This document shows positions 44,704 through 56,281 of a DNA stretch of 64,000 bases, one piece after another. Below the pieces are notes generated by a model. That model had not been told where the DNA came from. It ran no database searches and saw only the letters and a program-made list of their open reading frames with translations. Numbering within the stretch: the first letter of the stretch is position 1; each line of letters opens with the position of its first letter. The position numbers and the translations under genes were made by a program. The DNA is from Alphaproteobacteria bacterium (GTDB taxonomy: Bacteria; Pseudomonadota; Alphaproteobacteria; Paracaedibacterales; CAITNM01), in contig JBAXJB010000003.1 in the NCBI GenBank assembly GCA_037138055.1, forward strand, positions 5,755-69,754, written 5' to 3'.

Positions 44704-44725
44704 GCAACACAAAGGAAAACTAAAT

Positions 44726-45565
44726 ATGAAAAATGTCATCAATACGACGTTGCTGTTATTACTTTTTCTCCTATGCTGCCTAGATGCGAAGATGCCTGAA
44801 GGTCAAAAAATTAGTGCTAAGGACTTTGTTCATAAACTCAGCACTTCTCTAGATAAGTCAGAAAAGTTAGATGATCTCGTAAAAGTATATAGGGATAAGC
44901 TATACGGTGATGTAGGTTTTACAGATGATAAACCTGTAATGAGTTATTTAGCCGTTCATAGCGATATGGAAAAACGAAAATTACCTGTTGAAATTGAAAA
45001 GGATTATAAAAAGCGCAAAGAAGTATTTAAGCATCGCCTTTCCTCAGTATCAACAAAAGGAAAATATGAAACATCAGATGAGCTAGAAATGTTTTATGCA
45101 GAGTTTATAAAAAAATTTCTTGCCTACCATAGGGATTATTTTAAAAATGAGCTTCTTTTAAAAATAAAAGGTAATAATGACCTTGATCATGTAGATAAAG
45201 CAATTTTTTGGATGCTTTTTGCCAGCACTAACTTATTTCCCTTTGAAATTCAAGCACTGCACATAGATATACAAATTTTCAAAATTGAAAGCACAAGTGA
45301 CTTGATTATTCTTTGTGGTGAAAAAGAAGATACAGGAATTGATTATGTTCCATACTATTACAACTTAGAAACGCAACAAATTTTTAGATGCACATCTGAC
45401 AAAGGTGAACCTATCACTTTCCTTCCAAGCTATAACGACAAAAGAGACAGTGTGCTAATGAACTGGAATGACCTAATACTTACATGCAATTACCAGGGTC
45501 ACACTAGCGAATACACGTTTAGTATCGGTAAAAAAACTTGGTCAAAAAATAACGAAACTAAATAG
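44726..45565 (+). CDS. Hypothetical secreted protein (orphan)
   Basis: Signal peptide MKNVINTTLLLLLFLLCCLDA. No recognisable motif. Confidence 0.45.
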   Translation: MKNVINTTLLLLLFLLCCLDAKMPEGQKISAKDFVHKLSTSLDKSEKLDDLVKVYRDKLYGDVGFTDDKPVMSYLAVHSDMEKRKLPVEIEKDYKKRKEVFKHRLSSVSTKGKYETSDELEMFYAEFIKKFLAYHRDYFKNELLLKIKGNNDLDHVDKAIFWMLFASTNLFPFEIQALHIDIQIFKIESTSDLIILCGEKEDTGIDYVPYYYNLETQQIFRCTSDKGEPITFLPSYNDKRDSVLMNWNDLILTCNYQGHTSEYTFSIGKKTWSKNNETK

Positions 45566-45671
45566 ATCAAAATGAATGAATCATTTTTTTCATTTTTTTT
45601 CAAATTCCCTATTGTGAAAGTTTTAAAAGTTTTGTGTACTATATGAAGGCGTCTTTTAATTTGGATTGTTG

Positions 45672-46082
45672 ATGAACCAAGAAATAAATGGTTACTTACC
45701 TGAAGATAACGAAACTTTCATGAACCCTAAACAGCTAGAGTACTTTAAAACCAAGCTCATTAGCTGGCGTGACCAAATATTAAAAGACTGTTCTGAAACT
45801 ATTACTGATTTGCAAGATAACCAAGTTGAAGCAGACGTTATTGATGCAGCAGCAAAAGAAGCGGACTATAAGCTAACTTTACGAGCTAGAAATCGTGATT
45901 TTAAGCTCCTTAAAAAAATAGACGAGGCCCTAAGCCGCATTGATAATGGAACTTATGGTTACTGCGAAGAAACCGGAGAACCAATTGGTGTAAAAAGACT
46001 AGAAGCTCGACCCATTGCCACCCTTGGCATTGAAGCACAAGAGCGTCATGAGCGTGAAGAACGCACTCATCGCGACGTTTAG
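45672..46082 (+). CDS. dksA: RNA polymerase-binding transcription factor DksA
   Basis: Coiled-coil with DxxDxA-type tip region (EADVIDAAAKEAD). C4 zinc finger region GTYGYCEETGEPIGVKRLEARP. The first ATG is at 45672; the track TTG start is at 45666. Confidence 0.9.
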   Translation: MNQEINGYLPEDNETFMNPKQLEYFKTKLISWRDQILKDCSETITDLQDNQVEADVIDAAAKEADYKLTLRARNRDFKLLKKIDEALSRIDNGTYGYCEETGEPIGVKRLEARPIATLGIEAQERHEREERTHRDV

Positions 46083-46176
46083 GTTAGCTTTTAATTACAC
46101 AGTATCTTGACGAAACAGCTCTATTTTGAGATAATTAGTAGCTGAAATTCTAATATTATTAATGTAGGAGGGGTTA

Positions 46177-47439
46177 TTGCTGGATTTACATCTACATTAT
46201 AAACGTTTAGGGACAGCCTTAGCTTTGGTTATGGTCCTTTTTGGGTCAACTCGCGCTTTTAAACATTATCATTCAGCAGAACAAATTCCATCAGAGCTAA
46301 CAGCAAACCCTACAACCCCCGTTGCACCAATCATAGAAGAAACCACGCTTACCCTTGCAAGCGGTGGTAGCGTACAAAAACTTTTAACCGGTTTTGGTGT
46401 TAATAAAGAGTCTGCACTTCAAATAGCAAATGCTTTTGCGCAATTCGTACCTCATAATAAATTAAAGTCAGGCCAAGATTTTAATGTTCGTTACAAACGT
46501 TCTGAACAAGGTGTGGAAATTGAATCATTCCATTCACAATCTTCAATTGATCAAAAAATTATCATCACAAAGGCAGATGGAAATTACATCAGCAAAGCTG
46601 AGAAAATTCACTTAACACCCGTTGTGCATGTTTTTGAAGGCAATGTTCATTCTAGTTTTTACAGCGCTGCTATGAAAGCTGGCGTACCCACAAAGCTAGT
46701 TCAAGAAGCCGTTGATGTTTTAAGTTATGTTGTAAACTTCCAGCATGGCATACAACCTGGCGCTTCCTTTAAAATTTTGTGTAATGCGTTACGCAATGAT
46801 AAAGGTGATATCGTAAAAATTGAACAATTGCGTTTTGTTTCATTAAAAACAGGACAACAAGATCATAAGCTTTTCGCTTTTACAGAAAATGGTAAAGTGC
46901 GTTTTTTCAATGAAAAAGGTGAAAGCGTTGTGCGCTCTCTTTTGCAAACTCCATTAAATGCCACAAAACTATGTGTGACTTCAGGCTTCGGCATGAGACG
47001 CCACCCAATTCTTGGCTATAATAAACAACACAAAGGCGTAGACTTTGGTGCACCAAGCGGCACACCAGTTCTAGCAGCTGGTGAGGGACGTGTCATTGCT
47101 TGCGGGTGGAGTGGTGGTTATGGTAATCGCGTGCATATTCGACATAGTGGTGGTTATGAAACTGTTTATGGTCACTTAAAGTATATAAATAAAAATATTA
47201 GACCTGGAGCTGTAGTTTCTCAACGCCAAGTATTAGGCGGAGTTGGTATGACAGGATCTGCCACAGCACCTCACTTACATTTTGAAGTTATTTTAAATAA
47301 GCACCATATTAACCCCATGAAGGTACAAGCGTTACCATCCTTAAAGCTTACAGGGGGATCATTGAAAAAATTTGAAACTGTAAAATCAGCTACTCAAAAA
47401 GAAATGGTAGACTTCATACAAACCAAAGCAGTTGCTTAA
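46177..47439 (+). CDS. M23-family metallopeptidase (murein DD-endopeptidase-like)
   Basis: GFGMRRHPILGYNKQHKGVDFGAPSGTPVLAAGEGRV...GYGNRVHIRHSGGYETVYGHL...GSATAPHLHFEV (HxxxD and HxH motifs). N-terminal TM anchor. Confidence 0.88.
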   Translation: MLDLHLHYKRLGTALALVMVLFGSTRAFKHYHSAEQIPSELTANPTTPVAPIIEETTLTLASGGSVQKLLTGFGVNKESALQIANAFAQFVPHNKLKSGQDFNVRYKRSEQGVEIESFHSQSSIDQKIIITKADGNYISKAEKIHLTPVVHVFEGNVHSSFYSAAMKAGVPTKLVQEAVDVLSYVVNFQHGIQPGASFKILCNALRNDKGDIVKIEQLRFVSLKTGQQDHKLFAFTENGKVRFFNEKGESVVRSLLQTPLNATKLCVTSGFGMRRHPILGYNKQHKGVDFGAPSGTPVLAAGEGRVIACGWSGGYGNRVHIRHSGGYETVYGHLKYINKNIRPGAVVSQRQVLGGVGMTGSATAPHLHFEVILNKHHINPMKVQALPSLKLTGGSLKKFETVKSATQKEMVDFIQTKAVA

Positions 47440-47664
47440 TTATACTTTTCTGACTTGAGTTTTCACTAAAGAACACCTATATACCTACTGGTGCTGGTAT
47501 TTTAATTAGGTTGGTATGTTTAGAAAATGGTCTTTTGTGATTTTAGGAATTTTGCATATGGGAACTGGTGTATACCTCAGCCTTGAAATACACACATGGA
47601 ACATGAATAGATTCTATCGACAGCTAAATCAAGGTCGTGAAAAAATTTAAACGAAAATTCTCAA

Positions 47665-49092
47665 CTACTGCAAATTTCCAAATTTTGTAAATTTACCATC
47701 AAAAAATAGCTTCACAGTTCCAACTGGGCCATGACGTTGTTTTGCAATAATGATTTCTGCTTGGTTCTGCACTTTAGACATGCGTTGCTGCCATTCAAGG
47801 TGTTTATCAGTACCAATGGGAGGTTCCTTACGAGCTTCGTAGTATTCATCACGATAAATAAACATCACTACGTCGGCATCTTGCTCGATTGACCCAGATT
47901 CACGCAGGTCAGCAAGCTGAGGACGCTTATCTTCACGTTGTTCTACCGCACGAGACAGCTGAGACATCGCAATAACAGGAACGTTTAGTTCCTTAGCCAA
48001 AGCTTTCAATCCTCGAGATATGTCAGAGATCTCCTGCACACGGCTATCTCCGCTTTTGTTTTTTCCTGAGCCTTCCAGCAGCTGTAGGTAGTCCACAACA
48101 ATCAACCCAATACCGTGCTGACGTTGTAAACGACGTGCACGGTTACGAAGTGCTGTTACCGTTAACGCTGGAGTATCATCAATGAATAGCCCCAAGTTTT
48201 CAATTAATCGGCTGGCTGAAACCAAGCCTGGAAAATCCTCAGCTTTAATGTCTCCACGACGAATTCGATCTGATGATATTTTTGATTGTGTTGCAAGAAT
48301 ACGGGTAGCCAATTGCTCGGCTGACATTTCTAATGAAAAGAAAACAGCATTTGCCCCTTCCTTAGGGTTTTCCATAAAGGCTTTTGCTGCATTAAAAGCA
48401 ATGTTTGTTCCTAAAACGGTTTTTCCCATTGAAGGACGCCCTGCAACAATCAGTAAATCTGATGGGTGCAAACCACCCAGCCATTTATCAATATCAGTTA
48501 AACCTGTTGTCACACCAACAATTGAACTGTCTCGACGGTAAGCAATTTCAGCCATTTTAACAGCTTCGGTTAGTGCTGTTTTAAAGGACACAGCCCCACG
48601 AGTTGTGTCTCCACTGCTTGCAAGATCATAAAGTTGCTTTTCAGCACCTTCAATTTTTTCCATTGCAGTATCTTCAGATTTCACATCATGAGCGTCACGA
48701 ATTATTGTATCGCCAATAGATGAAAGGCTACGTCGAAGGTAAAACTCATGAATCATCTGACCATAGTCACGCACGCTAACCGTGCTAGAAACACCAGAAA
48801 CCAAATCAACCAGGTACCCTACTCCACCTGCTTCTTGTATTAAGGGGTCGCCTTCTAATAACGGCTTAAGAGTGATAGGATCCGCCACTTGTGAACGTTC
48901 AATTAAGCGAGCTATCACTTCATAAATATTTTTATGCAAAGGGTGAGAAAAATGCTCAGGCTTTAGAAACTCTGTAATAACTTCAAATGCTTGATTATTA
49001 AGCATTAAAGCACCAAGCAACGATTGTTCAGCCTCTAAATTATGAAGGGCTTGAACTTGCTGCTGTTTATCAAAGGCTAAAACTTGAGCCAT
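47665..49092 (-). CDS. dnaB: Replicative DNA helicase
   Basis: NLEAEQSLLGALML, Walker A GRPSMGKT, VVDYLQLL, ISRGLKALAKELNVPVIAMSQLSR and IIAKQRHGP. Confidence 0.94.
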   Translation of the reverse strand: MAQVLAFDKQQQVQALHNLEAEQSLLGALMLNNQAFEVITEFLKPEHFSHPLHKNIYEVIARLIERSQVADPITLKPLLEGDPLIQEAGGVGYLVDLVSGVSSTVSVRDYGQMIHEFYLRRSLSSIGDTIIRDAHDVKSEDTAMEKIEGAEKQLYDLASSGDTTRGAVSFKTALTEAVKMAEIAYRRDSSIVGVTTGLTDIDKWLGGLHPSDLLIVAGRPSMGKTVLGTNIAFNAAKAFMENPKEGANAVFFSLEMSAEQLATRILATQSKISSDRIRRGDIKAEDFPGLVSASRLIENLGLFIDDTPALTVTALRNRARRLQRQHGIGLIVVDYLQLLEGSGKNKSGDSRVQEISDISRGLKALAKELNVPVIAMSQLSRAVEQREDKRPQLADLRESGSIEQDADVVMFIYRDEYYEARKEPPIGTDKHLEWQQRMSKVQNQAEIIIAKQRHGPVGTVKLFFDGKFTKFGNLQ

Positions 49093-49193
49093 AAATAGAT
49101 TCTCCTGTTGATTTTTAAAGTACCACAGAGACGTTTCTTTACCAACTATTAATACTATTTTTATATACTAAAAAAAATATAGTTTTTCATTTT

Positions 49194-50399
49194 ATGCGTT
49201 TTTTCATTGTTTTCTATTTGGCAATACACAGTGTGTGGGCAAGTCATTATGGAACTGGCTACTCATCTAGCGGACACTATTCTCAAAGTAGCTATTCAAG
49301 CAATAATTACTCTAATAATAACTCCAGCACAGGCATGTCATTAAATCTTCCTCGGATTGATATACGTATTGAAAAATTCATATCAACCCCCAGAGAAATG
49401 GAACGTAGAGAAAAAGAAAACGGTACCGAAGAAGAAATTGAAATAGATTGGTATAAGCGAGATAAAGACGGAGAACTTGTAAAAGGAAAAAATTTCCAAA
49501 ATCATGTTCTTAAAATTTTGATAGAAGAACTTACGGAGCGCTTTAGTAAATCAGAAACCAATCGTTCTGAAAGTGTTGAAAGTATTCTTTTGTACCTGAA
49601 TCAATTTATTGGAGAAAGGTTTATTCCTGTTGCTTACCAACCCGCTATAAAAAAGATTTTTAACCGAGCACAAGATCTACAAAATAAACCAGCACTACAA
49701 GTTACTAATATAGTTTTTAAGGAACTGACGGAAGCTGCGCAAAAAGCCTTTCGTGCAGGAAAGCGTGTTCAAGCTAGTGGAATAGAACGTTCTCAGTCAG
49801 TTAGGGACACTATGCAAGCTGATCCGTTACTTGTAGAACTTTTATTTATGCAACTAGTTTGGGACGCACAAAAAAGGAACAGCACACGTCAAGAGCTTTT
49901 AAATACCATTGAAAAAAGCATGGTGAAAATGGAACAACTATTTGGCAGTGACCCCGCTTATACAATAGTTGGAACATTTTCCAGTCTACGTGCGACATTA
50001 TTAGAAAAAGCTCAACAAGAATCACCCTTTCCTGCTTTACTGAAGTATGTTATTGGAATGGTGACAGAAGGAAAAAAAGAACTGGAAGAAGAACATGAGC
50101 AGCTGTTGGCTAACCAAGACCAAGATGATTGGGAAGAAATAATCAAAGAAAAAGCAGAACCTGCTGTTTCAGTTTGGATAAAAAAAGAAGTTGCTCCTAA
50201 AAAAAGTGAAGAAGAAGAACAAAAAGAATTAAAGAAAAAAAACAAAAAGAAAAAGAAATTAGTAGAAAAAGAACAGCTAGAGAATATAAAAGAAAACGCT
50301 GTTGATTCAGTAAAAAATAAAGGTATTAAGATTGCACAAGATAAATTTTCTAGCTTAATAGGAGATGTATTTGGCTCACTTGGTTCAATTGGTGGGTAA
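49194..50399 (+). CDS. Hypothetical secreted protein with an S/Y/N-rich low-complexity N-terminus and a K/E-rich C-terminus
   Basis: Signal peptide MRFFIVFYLAIHSVWA. This is followed by SHYGTGYSSSGHYSQSSYSSNNYSNNNSS, and the C-terminus reads KKSEEEEQKELKKKNKKKKKLVEKE. Confidence 0.45.
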   Translation: MRFFIVFYLAIHSVWASHYGTGYSSSGHYSQSSYSSNNYSNNNSSTGMSLNLPRIDIRIEKFISTPREMERREKENGTEEEIEIDWYKRDKDGELVKGKNFQNHVLKILIEELTERFSKSETNRSESVESILLYLNQFIGERFIPVAYQPAIKKIFNRAQDLQNKPALQVTNIVFKELTEAAQKAFRAGKRVQASGIERSQSVRDTMQADPLLVELLFMQLVWDAQKRNSTRQELLNTIEKSMVKMEQLFGSDPAYTIVGTFSSLRATLLEKAQQESPFPALLKYVIGMVTEGKKELEEEHEQLLANQDQDDWEEIIKEKAEPAVSVWIKKEVAPKKSEEEEQKELKKKNKKKKKLVEKEQLENIKENAVDSVKNKGIKIAQDKFSSLIGDVFGSLGSIGG

Positions 50400-50462
50400 A
50401 TTTCAAAAGTGGCATTTGCTGGATTTCCACTGAAAATCACATTAAACACCACGTTTCTTAAT

Positions 50463-52886
50463 TCACTGCACCGTTTGATTAGCAAGTGTTTCTGATGGAG
50501 TTAGAATTTCTTTTCCAGCCTCGTCTTCAGAATACTCAATTGGTTGAAGCTCCGTAGAAAGAGCCAATCGTAACACTTCATCAACATGTTTAACCGGAAT
50601 AATCGTTAACCCTTTTGTCACGTTATCTGGTATTTCAGCGAGATCTTTTTCGTTATCATAAGGAATAATAACAGTTTTAACTCCACCACGATGAGCAGCT
50701 AGCAATTTTTCCTTTAAACCGCCAATAGGCAACACGTTACCACGCAAAGTTACCTCACCTGTCATAGCAATATCTTTACGCACAGGTATGCCGGTTAGCA
50801 CAGATACAATTGACGTACACATGGTAATACCAGCTGATGGGCCATCTTTTGGAATAGCGCCTTCAGGCACATGAATATGAATGTCTTTACGTTCAAATAA
50901 ACTTGGCTTCAAGCCAAATTGTGTTGAACGAGACCGCACATAGCTGAGAGCCGCTTGAATAGACTCTTGCATTACATCACCAAGCTTACCGGTAATTTGG
51001 GTTTTTCCTTTTCCTGGCAACACAACAGCTTCGATACTCAACAATTCCCCACCTACTTCAGTCCAAGCAAGCCCAGTTGTAACACCGATTGTGTCATTTT
51101 CTTCAGCCAGTCCATATCGGAACCGCTTAATGCCTGCGTAGGTTTCTAAGTTTTCGTCAGTTACCGTTAGTTGCTTAATTTTAGAACTCATGATTTCTCG
51201 AACGGCTTTTCGGCATAAATTGGTAATCTCGCGTTCAAGACTACGCACACCTGCTTCACGCGTATAGTTACGAATAAGCGTCATCAATGCATCGTCATCA
51301 ACAGAAAATTCTGCCTTTTTTAGACCATGTTGTTCCATTTGTTTTGGTAACAGATGTTCTTTTGCTATAACCAACTTCTCGTCTTCTGTATAACCTGGAA
51401 TACGAATAATTTCCATACGATCAAGCAAAGGTTGAGGCATTTTCAACGTGTTCGCGGTTGTAATGAACATTACATCTGAAAGATCATAATCTACTTCTAG
51501 ATAGTGATCATTGAATGCTGCATTCTGTTCTGGATCTAGCACCTCTAGCAATGCTGATGCTGGATCACCACGGAAATCGCTACCCAATTTATCAATTTCA
51601 TCTAACAAAAATAATGGGTTAGATGTTTTAGCTTTTTTCATTCCTTGAATAATTTTACCTGGCATTGAACCAATGTATGTACGACGATGCCCACGAATTT
51701 CAGACTCGTCACGCACACCTCCCAAGGCCATACGTACAAAGCTACGCCCGGTTGCTTTTGCTAATGATTTTCCTAAGCTTGTTTTACCCACACCTGGTGG
51801 ACCAACTAAGCATAAAATTTGACCACGCACTTTGCCAACTCTTGCTTGCACAGCAAGATATTCAAGAATACGTTCTTTAACTTTATCAAGCGCGTAATGA
51901 TCTTTGTTTAGAATATTTTCAGCAACAGATAAATCATTTTTTGTACGACTACGCTGTTTCCATGGCAAGTTCAAAAGCCAATCTAGATAATTGCGTAATA
52001 CGGTTGATTCTGCAGAGGAAGCATTCATCGTTCGCAATTTACGAACTTCTGAAAGAGCTTTTTCTCTGGCTTCTTTCGAGAGCTTTACCTTTTTAATTTT
52101 ATCTTCAAGTTCAGCAATTTCGTCTTTGCCTTCTTCGCCTTCTCCCAGCTCACGATTAATCGCTTTCAACTGTTCGTTCAGGTAATACTCACGTTGAGTC
52201 TTTTCCATTTGTTTTTTAACACGTGTACGAATTTTTTTCTCAACGTGCAAAACAGCACTTTCACTTTCAATATAACCAAGCACTTTTTCTAAACGCTTGC
52301 TGATATTAGCTGTTTCAAGCAAAATCTGCTTGTCTGGAATCTTTAAACTAAAATATGAAGCAACTGTATCTGCAAGTTTTGCAGGATCTGTAATCTGATT
52401 AACAGTTACCAGCACTTCAGGAGGAATTTTTCTATTGAGCTTTATGTATTGTTCAAACTGCGAAACAACGGCACGTGTAAGGGCTTCCAGCTCTTCTTCA
52501 GCTCCGTCTTCCTCGTGAATAATAGAACCATACGCTTGAAAAAAAGGAGCATCATCAACGAATTGATTTAGCCGCACACGCTGTGTTCCTTCCACCAATA
52601 CTTTTACAGTACCATCTGGAAGTTTTAAAAGTTGTAATAGAGTGCCTAAAGTGCCCACTGAATACAAATCTTTTGCTTCTGGATTATCATCAGCAGGGCT
52701 TTTTTGAGTAACCAAAATAAGATCTTTTTGATTAGTAAGCATCATTTCTTCAAGTGCCAAAACCGACTTATCGCGCCCCACAAAAAGGGGAACAATCATA
52801 TGGGGGAAAACAACAATATCCCTTAAAGGTAATACTGGAAATATTTCCCCTTGATTAATTGAAAGTGGCCGGCTCTTTTTAACCAT
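50463..52886 (-). CDS. lon: ATP-dependent Lon protease
   Basis: [26 protein letters not shown], Walker [10 protein letters not shown] and the catalytic [11 protein letters not shown]. Its ATG overlaps the clpX stop by 1 nt. Confidence 0.96.
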   Translation of the reverse strand: MVKKSRPLSINQGEIFPVLPLRDIVVFPHMIVPLFVGRDKSVLALEEMMLTNQKDLILVTQKSPADDNPEAKDLYSVGTLGTLLQLLKLPDGTVKVLVEGTQRVRLNQFVDDAPFFQAYGSIIHEEDGAEEELEALTRAVVSQFEQYIKLNRKIPPEVLVTVNQITDPAKLADTVASYFSLKIPDKQILLETANISKRLEKVLGYIESESAVLHVEKKIRTRVKKQMEKTQREYYLNEQLKAINRELGEGEEGKDEIAELEDKIKKVKLSKEAREKALSEVRKLRTMNASSAESTVLRNYLDWLLNLPWKQRSRTKNDLSVAENILNKDHYALDKVKERILEYLAVQARVGKVRGQILCLVGPPGVGKTSLGKSLAKATGRSFVRMALGGVRDESEIRGHRRTYIGSMPGKIIQGMKKAKTSNPLFLLDEIDKLGSDFRGDPASALLEVLDPEQNAAFNDHYLEVDYDLSDVMFITTANTLKMPQPLLDRMEIIRIPGYTEDEKLVIAKEHLLPKQMEQHGLKKAEFSVDDDALMTLIRNYTREAGVRSLEREITNLCRKAVREIMSSKIKQLTVTDENLETYAGIKRFRYGLAEENDTIGVTTGLAWTEVGGELLSIEAVVLPGKGKTQITGKLGDVMQESIQAALSYVRSRSTQFGLKPSLFERKDIHIHVPEGAIPKDGPSAGITMCTSIVSVLTGIPVRKDIAMTGEVTLRGNVLPIGGLKEKLLAAHRGGVKTVIIPYDNEKDLAEIPDNVTKGLTIIPVKHVDEVLRLALSTELQPIEYSEDEAGKEILTPSETLANQTVQ

Positions 52887-54148
52887 TAACGTGCACCTTC
52901 TTTGCGCTTAGGTTCTTCAACTTTAACAATAACAACTGGATCAGCTTTGCTGTCTATTACTTCTTTGTTAATGATAACTTCTTCCACATCTTCACGTGAA
53001 GGAAGATCATACATTGTATCAAGTAAAACACTTTCCATAATGGAACGTAGTCCACGCGCACCTGTTTTACGCACGATAGCTTTTTTAGCTACAGCATGCA
53101 GTGCTTCATTATCAAAGGTTAACTTAACGTCTTCCATTTCAAATAAGCGCGCATATTGTTTTAGCAATGCGTTCTTAGGTGTAGACAAAATTTCAACCAA
53201 TGCTGCTTCATCTAAATCACCTAGGGTTGCAACGACAGGTAAACGACCGATAAATTCTGGAATCAAACCAAATTTTAATAAATCTTCTGGCTCAAGGTCA
53301 CGCAATAATTCGCCAACCTTATGATCTTGAGGACCTTTTACATCCACACCAAAACCTATGCCACTACCTTTTTTACGACCGGCAATAATTTTTTCCAAAC
53401 CAGCAAAGGCACCACCGCAGATAAACAAAATATTGGTTGTATCAACCTGCAAAAACTCTTGCTGTGGATGCTTTCTTCCACCTTGAGGAGGAACGGAAGC
53501 AACAGTACCTTCCATAATTTTAAGAAGCGCTTGTTGCACACCTTCACCTGAAACATCACGCGTGATAGAAGGGTTGTCGGATTTTCGAGAAATCTTATCA
53601 ACTTCATCAATATAAACAATGCCACGTTGTGCACGCTCGACATTATAATCAGCAGCTTGTAGAAGCTTCAATATGATATTTTCTACGTCTTCTCCTACAT
53701 AACCAGCTTCAGTTAATGTAGTTGCATCAGCCATTGTAAAAGGTACGTCAATAATACGTGCAAGTGTTTGAGCCAATAAGGTCTTACCACTACCTGTCGG
53801 ACCTACCAACATAATGTTTGATTTAGCAATTTCCACTTCACTTCCACGGACACCATGATTAAGGCGTTTGTAGTGGTTGTGCACAGCAACAGAAAGTACT
53901 TTTTTCGCATGATCTTGTCCGATTACATAGTCATCAAGAACTTTTCGAATTTCTTGAGGGGCTGGCACACCTTCAGTCAGCAAACGCGGTTTTGCACTTT
54001 CCTCTTGAATAATATCGGTACATAGATCGACGCACTCGTCACAAATAAATACTGTTGGTCCTGCAATTAACTTGCGAACCTCATGCTGACTTTTTCCACA
54101 AAAAGAGCAATACAAGGTATTTTTGCTATCACCAGTAGATTTGCTCAT
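52886..54148 (-). CDS. clpX: ATP-dependent Clp protease ATP-binding subunit ClpX
   Basis: Zinc finger [29 protein letters not shown], Walker A GPTGSGKT, the pore-loop region GYVGEDV and IYIDEVDK. Confidence 0.96.
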   Translation of the reverse strand: MSKSTGDSKNTLYCSFCGKSQHEVRKLIAGPTVFICDECVDLCTDIIQEESAKPRLLTEGVPAPQEIRKVLDDYVIGQDHAKKVLSVAVHNHYKRLNHGVRGSEVEIAKSNIMLVGPTGSGKTLLAQTLARIIDVPFTMADATTLTEAGYVGEDVENIILKLLQAADYNVERAQRGIVYIDEVDKISRKSDNPSITRDVSGEGVQQALLKIMEGTVASVPPQGGRKHPQQEFLQVDTTNILFICGGAFAGLEKIIAGRKKGSGIGFGVDVKGPQDHKVGELLRDLEPEDLLKFGLIPEFIGRLPVVATLGDLDEAALVEILSTPKNALLKQYARLFEMEDVKLTFDNEALHAVAKKAIVRKTGARGLRSIMESVLLDTMYDLPSREDVEEVIINKEVIDSKADPVVIVKVEEPKRKEGAR

Positions 54149-54320
54149 ATTTTCTCCACATCAAAAACTTATTAGCAGCGCCTAAACGCATCACTTCATA
54201 CTTCAACTATGCAGCCGAAAAGTCAAGAAATAGTTAACCAAATTGGCTTTTTTTGTGGATAAAGTGAAGTATTTTAAAGCAACTATTTAATTTTCAAAAT
54301 TCAGTATTTAAGATGCTCTA

Positions 54321-54986
54321 TTAAGAAATCTGCGTAATCATATGCCAGAGTTTTTGTGCGGCATCACGTTCCGCGTGTTTTTTATTTTTACCTTCACCTG
54401 TTGCAACGAAACCATTTTTTAAAGAAACTTCAAGCATGTACAAAGGCGCATGATCAGGGCCTGACCTTCCAATTTCTTTATATTCTGGAATATCCATCCC
54501 ACGCTTTTGTGCCCACTCTTGCACAAGGGCTTTAGGTTCCTTTGGCAATTCTTCCAGATCGTAAATAGCATCTCCCCAGTATTTATGGATGAAATTTTGC
54601 GATGCTTCCATTCCTCCATCAATGTATAGGGCAGCTATTACTGATTCTATGCAGTTTGCTAAAATTGATGTGCCTTTCAATTCGTCTTCTTTAATAGGAA
54701 TAAAAGACGCTAAATTTATACGTTCCGCGATAATATTGCAAAATTCCCTTGAAGTAAGATAAGAAAGGCGCTTGGCAAGTTTTCCTTCTTCATCATGGGT
54801 ATAATGAACATACAATGCCTCTGCTATTACCAATCCAAGAACACGATCGCCTAAAAATTCTAAACGTTCAAAAGCTTTACCTTGTTTGCGTTGTTGTAAA
54901 ACCGGTGGTGTTAGAGCTTGGGTAAGTAGTATTTTCCTTTTAAAGAAATACCCTAAAATATCTTCGAGCATCATTTTTAGATCCAT
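54321..54986 (-). CDS. rnc: Ribonuclease III
   Basis: The signature is ERLEFLGDRVLGLVIAEALY. The C-terminal dsRBD reads GPDHAPLYMLEVSLKNGFVATGEGKNKKHAERDAAQKL. Confidence 0.9.
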   Translation of the reverse strand: MDLKMMLEDILGYFFKRKILLTQALTPPVLQQRKQGKAFERLEFLGDRVLGLVIAEALYVHYTHDEEGKLAKRLSYLTSREFCNIIAERINLASFIPIKEDELKGTSILANCIESVIAALYIDGGMEASQNFIHKYWGDAIYDLEELPKEPKALVQEWAQKRGMDIPEYKEIGRSGPDHAPLYMLEVSLKNGFVATGEGKNKKHAERDAAQKLWHMITQIS

Positions 54987-55159
54987 TAAAGAATTATTTT
55001 TGCAAAAGTTAAAAAGGAAACATGAGCATATTCACTCATAAAAACTACATGTCGATAAGATATCTCAAAGTTTATTGGAAGTACAATTTTAAAATGGTGG
55101 ATTGAAATTTTTTTGCCAACCGGCTATTAAAACGTATCGTATTTTTATCAAGCAGCTGT

Positions 55160-56281
55160 ATGAGAATTGGCGTTCCAAAAGAAGTAAAAAATCATGAGTA
55201 CCGAGTTGGTCTAACAACTTTATCGGTAAAAGAGTTGATCAGTGCAGGTCATGAAGTCGTAGTTGAAACAAATGCTGGTGTGGGTATTGGGTTAACCGAT
55301 GCACATTACAAAGAAGTTGGAGCTAAAATTTTAGCTACAGCAAAGGAAGTGTTCGATACTGCCGATATGATTGTTAAGGTAAAAGAGCCGCAACCAAGCG
55401 AATACAACTTGCTAAGAGAAAATCAAATTCTATTTACTTATTTACATTTGGCTCCAGATCCAGATCAAGCCAAGGGTTTAATTGATTCTAAGTGCGTAGC
55501 TATTGCTTATGAAACAGTCACTGACGAACGCGGAGGATTGCCTCTTTTGGCACCAATGAGCGAAGTTGCTGGTCGCATGTCAGTTCAAGTTGGAGCTTGG
55601 ATGTTGGAAAAGAGCCAAGGTGGCAAAGGCGTGTTATTAGGCAGCGTACCAGGCGTTGAACCGGCCAGAGTTGTTGTTCTAGGCGGGGGTGTGGTTGGAG
55701 CAAATGCTGCTCGTATGGCAGCTGCACTAGGCGCAGATGTAACTATAGTAGACCGTAATTTAAAGCGTTTGAATGAATTAGATTGGATGTTCATGGGACG
55801 CTTAAAGACTGCTTATTCAACACAAGCGATGATTGAAAAACTTGTTTCAAAAGCTGATCTTGTAATTGGAGCAGTGCTAGTTGTAGGTGCTTCTGCCCCA
55901 AGATTAGTCACTAAAGATATGTTAAAAACAATGAGCCCTGGCAGTGTGTTAGTTGACGTTGCTATTGATCAAGGTGGGTGTTTTGAAACAAGTCGCCCTA
56001 CTACTCACGCAGATCCATACTATGAAGTTGACGGTGTATTGCATTATTGCGTTACCAACATGCCTGGCGCAGTAGCCAGAACATCAACTTTTGCACTTAA
56101 CAATGCGACCTTACCCTTCACAATGGCGCTAGCAAACAAAGGCTACAAACGCGCATTAATGGACGATAAGCATTTGCTTAATGGCTTAAATGTGTGCAAA
56201 GGACGAATTACTCATGAAATTGTAGCTCGTGACTTAAGCATGGAATATGTTGAACCAGGGGTAGCCATCGTTGAAGCTTAA
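55160..56281 (+). CDS. ald: Alanine dehydrogenase
   Basis: MRIGVPKEVKNHEYRVGLT, the NAD-binding motif VVLGGGVVGANAA and DVAIDQGGCFETS. Confidence 0.92.
   Translation: MRIGVPKEVKNHEYRVGLTTLSVKELISAGHEVVVETNAGVGIGLTDAHYKEVGAKILATAKEVFDTADMIVKVKEPQPSEYNLLRENQILFTYLHLAPDPDQAKGLIDSKCVAIAYETVTDERGGLPLLAPMSEVAGRMSVQVGAWMLEKSQGGKGVLLGSVPGVEPARVVVLGGGVVGANAARMAAALGADVTIVDRNLKRLNELDWMFMGRLKTAYSTQAMIEKLVSKADLVIGAVLVVGASAPRLVTKDMLKTMSPGSVLVDVAIDQGGCFETSRPTTHADPYYEVDGVLHYCVTNMPGAVARTSTFALNNATLPFTMALANKGYKRALMDDKHLLNGLNVCKGRITHEIVARDLSMEYVEPGVAIVEA

Noticed and set aside
47516-47650. 44-aa ORF (MFRKWSFVILGILHMGTGVYLSLEIHTWNMNRFYRQLNQGREKI) in the M23-peptidase/dnaB intergenic region
   Set aside because: It has one hydrophobic segment but only a weak Shine-Dalgarno (AGG) and no recognisable family. 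Support is insufficient without conservation or expression data.
50012-50485. 157-aa minus-strand ORF
   Set aside because: It is antisense to the K/E-rich tail of 49194-50399 (poly-F/S product) and runs into the lon 3' end, so it is a shadow ORF.
52902-53643. ORFs 52902-53324 (plus), 53321-53551 (plus) and 53356-53643 (minus, alternative frame)
   Set aside because: All lie inside clpX, whose translation is canonical.
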